From assembly GCF_009914755.1 (NCBI RefSeq), contig NC_060928.1: a stretch of DNA of 64,000 nucleotides. One strand, written 5' to 3'. The translations under genes were made by a program, and so were the position numbers. Source of the stretch: the human T2T-CHM13v2.0 reference genome, Homo sapiens. The notes beneath the pieces were generated by a model. It did not search any database. It saw only the letters and a program-made list of their open reading frames with translations, and was not told where the DNA came from. Positions 56,516 to 64,000 of the stretch are shown here, in pieces (the stretch's first letter is position 1; each line of letters begins with the position of its first letter).

Positions 56516-57710
56516 AGTGTCTTTATTCCAAATTATCTCAAACCCTATACAGCAGGCCGGGAAACTTGTTTGCTGGTTTTGGCATGAAGTTTGTTTAGAT
56601 CCTTCAAATTTCTGCTATCATCCCTTCCTCCCACTGGCTGCCTTGTCTTCTTCATATTTCCACGTCCCATTTTTTTCATCAAAATACGACTTAAAAGCAT
56701 TTTTGTGTGCTTTTAAGAATTCTTTTAAGAATTCTTAGTTCTTTCTGTGCTTGTAGAACTAGGTCACTGAGTAATATTCAAGGTATTTTTTATTCTTAAG
56801 CTTTAAGAAATTATGTTGACATTGGGATAAAGAGTTGTATGTATATCTCAAAAACCTGATAAAGATGGCAAATTGGTGTTTACACAGTCTGAGGAAAATA
56901 GACTATTAGAGAACACGAAGCTAGACCATCTCCTACAATTGAGCTGGTTAATATACCCATAATGTCAGGAAACTGAGCAACTGTAAGAGGTTTTAAGGTC
57001 TCTACTTTCCTAACAACCCTTTCTAATGGGAATTAGATAAGAGTCTAATAACTGGACAAGGGTCTGATTGCTTCCAGGAATACTCAAGATTCCAGAGAAT
57101 TCAAACAAAATATTCTCTAATCTGTAGAGCAAAGTGGGTTTTCTTTGGCTTGACTTACGGTGCCCATCAACATTTCCTAGAATTTGATGTAGAAAACACT
57201 GTTTCTTTGGCATATTTAGAGATGTTCCTTGAAACAAGTGTTCTTGGTTCAGATATATTTGGGTAAATCCGAGTGAAGCAAAACTGAAAAAAAGAAAGGT
57301 TTTAAATTGTAGTTCTCAGTGTTTAGAATTAAATATTAATTTAATTTTTTGCTTTACAAATATTTGTTAAGTATCTTCCATAAGTCACTAGCAGCCTTTT
57401 GGACATAGTAGAAGCATCTTGCATCTTTCCTACTTTTAGGGAAGTTAAGGGTGTGTGAAAATCTCTTGTCAATCTGCAAGCAAATGGTAAGGTATGCAGA
57501 ATTTCTCATACTTTTGTTTGCTTGCATTTTGTTTTTTAGCAAAATGTCATCAGTATTACTTATTTCCAGATTTGAGACAAAATTAACAAATAAAATTGCA
57601 TAAATTTCAAGTGTGTGACATGATGTTTTGATTTACATATACATTGTGAACTAATTACCATACTTTTTTTGATCACAAGAATATTTCTTTTTTTCTCTCC
57701 CTCAACCATT

Positions 57711-57812
57711 TTTCCTTCCTTCCTTCCTTTCTTCCTTCCTTCCTTCCTTCTCTCCTTCCTTCCTTCCTCCTTTCCTCCTTCCCTCACTCTTTCTTTCTTT
57801 TTTCTTTTTTTT
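57711..57812. repeat. (CCTT)n-rich polypyrimidine tract next to an L1MA 3' end fragment (~57560-57670, minus)
   Basis: Directly visible; L1 motif ATGATGTTTTGATTTACATATACATTGTGAA lies upstream. Confidence 0.85.
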
Positions 57813-59618
57813 GGTGGAGCATCTCCAGGGGCTAGCTTTCTGAGGGACATGCTTTCGGTAAAGGTAGGACCACATCAATTAATTGATTCCTTGGATATTA
57901 CCTTTCTGTAGGGAAAAGAGTAATTTTTTGTTTTCCCTCTGAAGTCCAGATGTTAGAGAACAAGGCCAGGATGAGCAAGCAATGAAGTAGACCCAACTGA
58001 CAACTTTACACACCAATGTCTCTATGATGCACCCAGCCATGGTGAGGTAGCACTGGGAACACAGGGGCAAGATGGAAAACAGAGTACTTGGAAGTAGTGA
58101 AGATTTTCAGCGGTTTGATATCAACAGGGATGCTGATGGACAACACTGACATTTAGAAGTTTTCAAAACATCAATTATCCAACCTGAATTTGAATCTGAG
58201 AGATTCTGTGGGAACCACATCTTTTCTGTCTGGGGTAGAGGAGATACTATCAGGAGACTACTTTGTGCTTTAGGGTTAAAGGGCTCCAGGTATCTTTTCT
58301 TTGTGGAAAAGACCAACCAGGCAAAGGTTTGAGAGGTAGGAGCAGTGAGAAGAGCATGAACCAGGAACACAAGTTGGAGAAGCCAAGTGTATAGGTTAAC
58401 TGAAATCTTACATAAGTGGAGGACCTGCTACCAGTAGAACCTTACACACTGTTTTGCAAAATGAGTGACTAGTTTATGGTGCTGGGATAACATCAGGAAA
58501 GGGTAAGACTGTAATGTTAGATAGACTTGGATCTGAAGCTAAGCTGTTTCTCTTTCTGTTGGATGCCTGTGGCTTATAATAACTGTGCTTTCAACTATGT
58601 GTGCAGGCGCTGTGAAGGTTGCAAAGATGAAACAAACAAGAACACTGTCTTCAAAGAGCTTATGATTTGAATGCGAGATAAGGCATGCACTTTTTTCCAT
58701 GATAAGTTAAAAAATAAATATCAAGAGAGTTATGAAGTTCTATTTAACCCAATTTTTCAATTAATAATTTCATTCTTTTTGAAAATAAGAGGGCTTCTCA
58801 GTTTAAAGACTGTGTCACAGTGAATTTGATTTATTAAGAAAAAATATTTATTTACGAAGCATATAAAATTACACACATCTTCACTTTGAATATATTTCTA
58901 TTTAATAGCAGGTTTTGATTTATTTGTTAAAATTAGGCATTAAACAATTAATGGTATTTCTAATAATAAACAATGTGAATAATTTGTATAGTACTTTAAA
59001 AATTTCATCCAGATTTTGCATCTATTTTCTAATTTGTTCCTCTTAATAATTACATCTGGTAAGGAATGTACTAGTGCTTGTTTTTGACAGATGAGGAAAC
59101 TGAGGCTCAAGGTCATTGGGCCAAGTTCAACAAATGAAGCACAGTCAGAAATAAAACCAGAGTTTACTGGTTTCAATACCTGTAATTTTTTTTCTTGCGT
59201 ACTGTAGTTTCCCACATTTTGGGCTTCTGAGTCTTAAAAAGGCTATGAATTAATTGCAATAGAATAGTAAATCCTATCAGTTTATATGAGAAATCAAGAG
59301 ACTAAAGAAATTCATTCTCACCCATGTATTCACTATTATTCCTCCATTCGGTTAAGATGCTATTATGACATGTATAGTGCAATCTCATTTAAGAGTGTAA
59401 TTAATTCACAGGTTTTTTTTGTCATTAAGCATTTTCTTTAACTATTATATGGAGTATCTTTTACTGTTATTATTTTTTAACATGGAGAAAGAATCCTTGC
59501 TGCCTCCTCCTCTGGAAGGAAAATCATCAACTGTTTTAAATAAAATGCAAGTCAATCAATTGAAAATAATATTGCAGAGAAAGTTTGTTTTTTGTTTTTT
59601 TTTAAAAACAAAACTTCC

Positions 59619-59981
<363 letters not shown>

Positions 59982-61196
59982 TCAAAGTATTACTTGTAGT
60001 TTGCACCCCAAAGCTTGGGATTCTCAAATTGACACAGAAGACCAGATTTTCCTTTTGACGAAGCTGTTTTTGAGACAGGATACAAAAGTTCCTTTATTTT
60101 TGCAACTGCTCTGAAAATCTTACAAAATATTATAATATTTAAGGTTAGGTGATCCAGAAAACAAACAAAAACATCTTATATTTTTCATGAACTAAAAACT
60201 AGTTCTGCTACTGTTGTACAAAATGATAAAATCTTTCCAGTTAACTCCTCAATAAAAAGAAACAGCTTTTGAATTAAGGTTTTAAAAAAATCTATATTAT
60301 CTTGGGCCAGAAGAAAACAATGGCAGACCAGGGAGATGATAACTGCGCAAGAGATGTGTGAAACAGCAAAGAGAATCATGTCAGCCCCCTCGGGCTCTTC
60401 TTTCCATCCCCCTCCACACAAATACCTCATCACTAGGACACTTTTGACTGAAAGAAAATGCTATTAAAATTGTATATTTTTTAATTTTTAATTTATATCT
60501 GGTATATATTGGTCAGTCTGCCCCTAAAAAACAGGAGTAGGGTTCAGTAAGGTACATTTTAGAACAGTTAAAGAATTTTTAAAATTCCTCTTCCACTCTC
60601 ACAGTTGAGCTTTGACTACCTGTATTAGCAAAATGGTATGCAAATTTAGTTGCTTTCTTGTTCAAAGACAGCAAGAATAAGAAATGCCTTTCAGTATGTG
60701 TTAGAGTGATACTTCCATTAACCCTTGTGTTTTAGCTCTTTCAAATGTCTCAGCATTATAGATAAGTGGTTGACAGAAGGAAGTCTTGCCAAATATGCAA
60801 ATGAGAGAAACAATTACAATAAAAGGTTATTTTATATAAAAATGAATGTATTCTATTTCTTAAGGGAAATAAAAAGGAAGTTCAATTTAAAAAGATATTT
60901 TTATAAGAATTAATATGAATATATATTTTCAAAGTATTTAACATCTTTCCCCAGTTGCTTTTCATGAATCTCACCATTGCTTGGTACTGTACTTTTTGTT
61001 CCATTTAATTAATTTTTTTCTGTGTTGCTATTTCTCACTGGTTAATAATTGGCAAATTTATAAAAAAATTAAAATGACCTTAAAAAGATAAAAATTTATA
61101 AAAGAAGAACATTTATTTTAAAAGATGCAAAGCTGACTATTCTGTAGATTAAAAAACAGAGATTTTTCTCCCTCATGAAATGAAGGATATACTGAG

Positions 61197-61755
61197 CGTA
61201 TTAGTCAGCATTCTCCAAGCAGACAAAACCAATAGGATATATCTATTAATGTATTTGTCTGTCTCTATCTCTCATCTCTCTTTATGTCTATCTATAGATA
61301 AATATGTTAGGGAAAATTTATTAGGGGAATTGGCTCATGTGATTATGGAGGCTGAGAAGTTCCAAGACAGCCCTCTGCAAGTTGGATGCTGGAAGCATGG
61401 CTCAGTCCAAGTTTGAAGGTCTAAGAACCTGTGGGGGCCACTGATATAAGTCCTAAAGTCCAAAGGCTGAAGAGCCTGGGTTTCTGATGTACGAGGGCTG
61501 GAGAAGAAGAGTGTATCCTGGCTCAAGAAGAGAGAGGGATCAATTTGCCTTTCCTCTGTTTTCATTCTGTCAGGGCTCCCAGTTATTTGGATCATGTCTG
61601 CCTATATTGAGGGTGGATCTTCTCCACGTAGTCCACTCACATTCACATGCCAATCTCCTCCAGAAGCAACCTCACAGACACACTCCTTAAAATAATACCA
61701 GTTATCTAGCTATTTCTTAATTCAGTCAAGTTAATACCTGAAATTAATCATCACA
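61197..61755 (-). mobile_element. MLT2 (ERVL) solo LTR
   Basis: GTATTAGTCAG...GAATTGGCTCATGTGATTATGGAGGCTGAGAAGT...AAATTAATCATCACA; perfect TSD CTGAG. Confidence 0.88.
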
Positions 61756-62092
61756 CTGAGATTTCTACAGAAGATTCCAAAAGCACCCAGGAAAATAATT
61801 CATTATTTTTAAATTTAAAAAATACACAAAGTGAGATTTAATACCCAGAAAAATGGCTGACACAATAACATAAATACAGATTCCCCTCTTTTTAAGAATT
61901 TAAGGATGCTAGAACTGACAGACTATATTTAGAACATTTTAGATATTGAAAGAATAAGGAAAGCAGCTGGTAAAGTTTAAAGAATATAGTTGGAACTACA
62001 CTTTTCAAGCTTTTAGATGGCTCACTTGGTTTTTATTTATGAAAAATTATATATTATTTAAAACTTTGTACTCTACTTGAGGACAAACAAAA

Positions 62093-62696
62093 TAGTCAAT
62101 TCTTGTTATTCATGGTAAAGTTCTGTAAACATCGAGTTAGCAAATACAAAACTATTACTCCCGGGAAATACAGGATTAGGTTCCTGAAAGCCTCTGGTCA
62201 CATTTTCATCAGTTGATCAATACATAACATTGTTGTATGTTCATTTCTGTTTAAAAACACCCCATTTAATATACATTGCTAGTTCATTAACATTGAACTC
62301 AGTGGCTGACAGTACTATAACTCATGTCTGAATGAAGCTTCGCTAACATACCTGTCTTCTCTGTGAGGCACATCACAACCTCCTTGCACTTAGAAACACT
62401 AGACAACACTTCAGTACTATGCTTGGGGACCATATTAAACAAGGAGATTACAAAAAAAAAAAAAAAAAGCACAAAAATCGGCACTAAATAGACCACTAAA
62501 AAGACACATTTATAGTATGACAGCTGAAAAAGAAGACAGAGATTCACCTTGTTCAACTTCAGCTGGAAATGTGTGACTCAAATTTTCACTGATCTGTGCA
62601 TTCCCACAAATGACAATGAAAGTGCTTGGGGATTCCAAATTAATTTTAGGGAGTAGGCTAATTTGAAAATATGGAATCATGAATAAAATGAGATTG
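62093..62696. mobile_element. MER82 (TcMar-Tigger)
   Basis: GGGAAATACAGGATTAGGTTCCTGAAAGCCTCTGGTCACA; degenerate terminal inverted repeats (TAGTCAATTCTTGTTATTCATG / CATGAATAAAATGAGATTG). Confidence 0.75.
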
Positions 62697-62879
62697 TATC
62701 TTGTTCACCTTTGTGTCACTACTGTCACTACTGATTGTAATATTTTCTGTCATGTGGTAGTAGTTCAATATATATGCATATATATATTGAATAAATGGAA
62801 ATAGTGTTCCTTAATTTTTAAATGAACCCCATTGTATAGTCCTATTTTGTTTTACGCTCTTGAGAAGTTTGTGATAGTC

Positions 62880-63815
62880 TGTAAATATTCAGTTAGTTTT
62901 CAAATACAAACATTTTATAATAATATAAATGCTTGTTTTGTTAGGCTTACATTTCCCTTTGGAACTTTGAAGATATTGCTCCCTTACCTTTGGCATTTAA
63001 AATTAATACAAATTCTGATGCCACTATAAATCTCAGTCTTTTGTGGTATTAATGCCCCTCCCCTCCCTACTTTGGAAGCTTTTAGGATATTTTCTTTTGC
63101 TTGAAATTCTGAAAATTTATAATAGGTATTTATACTCCTTATAATATGTACATTAGACTCTGGAATGTTCATATCTTTTATCAATTTGGGGAAATTTTCT
63201 TCTTTTATTTCTTTGGTTGTTTCTTCTCCATTCTTTGTTATTATTTCTGAAAAATCCTATTAAATATGTTCTAAACTTCTGAATCCAGTTGAAGTATTTC
63301 CTGAAGTTTTGAAAATACATTCCTCTTTGTCCTTTTATACAGTGTTCTGGGAGTGTAAGTTGACTTACATTTCCAACTAACATATTTATTTTCAGCCATA
63401 TTTATTACACTATTCAGTCCATCATTTGAAAAATTATATACATCTTAATTTTGAATTAAGTTTTATAAATGGCATGAAGGGTACACCTTCATTCTTTTGT
63501 GTGTGGATATCTAGTTGTCCCAGCACCATTTGTTGAAATGACTATTCTTTTCCCATTCAATAGTCTTGGCACCCTTGTCAAAAATCAGTTGATCATAAAT
63601 GTAAGGGTTTATTTCTGGACTCTTAATTCTATTTCGTTGATCTGTATGTCTTTCCTTACATCAGTACTACACTGTCTTGGTTACTGTCGTTTTGTTTGAA
63701 GTTTTGATATCAGGAACATTTCCAACTTAGTTCTTTTTTAAGATTGATTTGACTTTTCTAGGTTCCTTACATGTTCATATAGATTTCAGAATCAGCTTAT
63801 CAATTTCTGCAAAAA
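62880..63815 (-). mobile_element. L1 remnants (ORF1-like to ~63440, then L1M ORF2)
   Basis: GTGGATATCTAGTTGTCCCAGCACCATTTGTTGAA...GGCACCCTTGTCAAAAATCAGTTG is reverse L1 ORF2. Confidence 0.75.
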
Positions 63816-63835
63816 AAAAAAAGGCAGCTAGGACA

Positions 63836-64000
63836 TTTTTTTTGAGATGGAGTCTCAGTCTGTCATCCAGGCTGGAGTGCAGTGGTGTGATCTTGGCTCC
63901 TTGCAATCTTCACCTCCTGGGTTCAAGCAATTCTCCTGCTTCAGCCTCCTGAGTAGGTGGGATTACAGGTGGATGCCACCACACCCAGCTAATTTTTGTA
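63836..64000 (-). mobile_element. AluS right arm, cut by the window edge
   Basis: Poly-T followed by GAGATGGAGTCTC...CAGCTAATTTTTGTA. Confidence 0.9.

Overview
Primate (almost certainly human) genomic DNA, not microbial. The only protein-coding sequence I can support is the first coding exon of LCORL on the minus strand (23951-24104, MDKGRERM-A14-QCRSPRC...MHCV, then a GTAAGA donor), inside a ~2 kb CpG-island promoter. Bases 1-23950 are intron 1: AT-rich, with Alus, Tigger3, L2/MIR, old L1M and one two-LTR THE1 element in sense orientation. Bases ~25000-64000 are gene-free upstream DNA packed with ~20 MaLR/ERVL LTR pieces, HAL1/L1M, L2, MIR, Alu and DNA transposons. I see no new multi-gene system. 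The best leads are: (1) the LCORL start region, where one AT-rich patch reads either as ATG-TAA-ATG opening a 59-aa overlapping uORF that stops exactly at the exon end, or as a TATA-like element giving a near-leaderless mRNA; (2) an inverted pair of LTR 5' ends at 32.6-33.1 kb; (3) the intronic THE1 with a DUX4 motif and non-canonical poly(A) hexamers; (4) strong palindromic transcription-factor sites. Repeat subfamily names come from remembered consensus sequences, not a search, and boundaries of old repeats are approximate.
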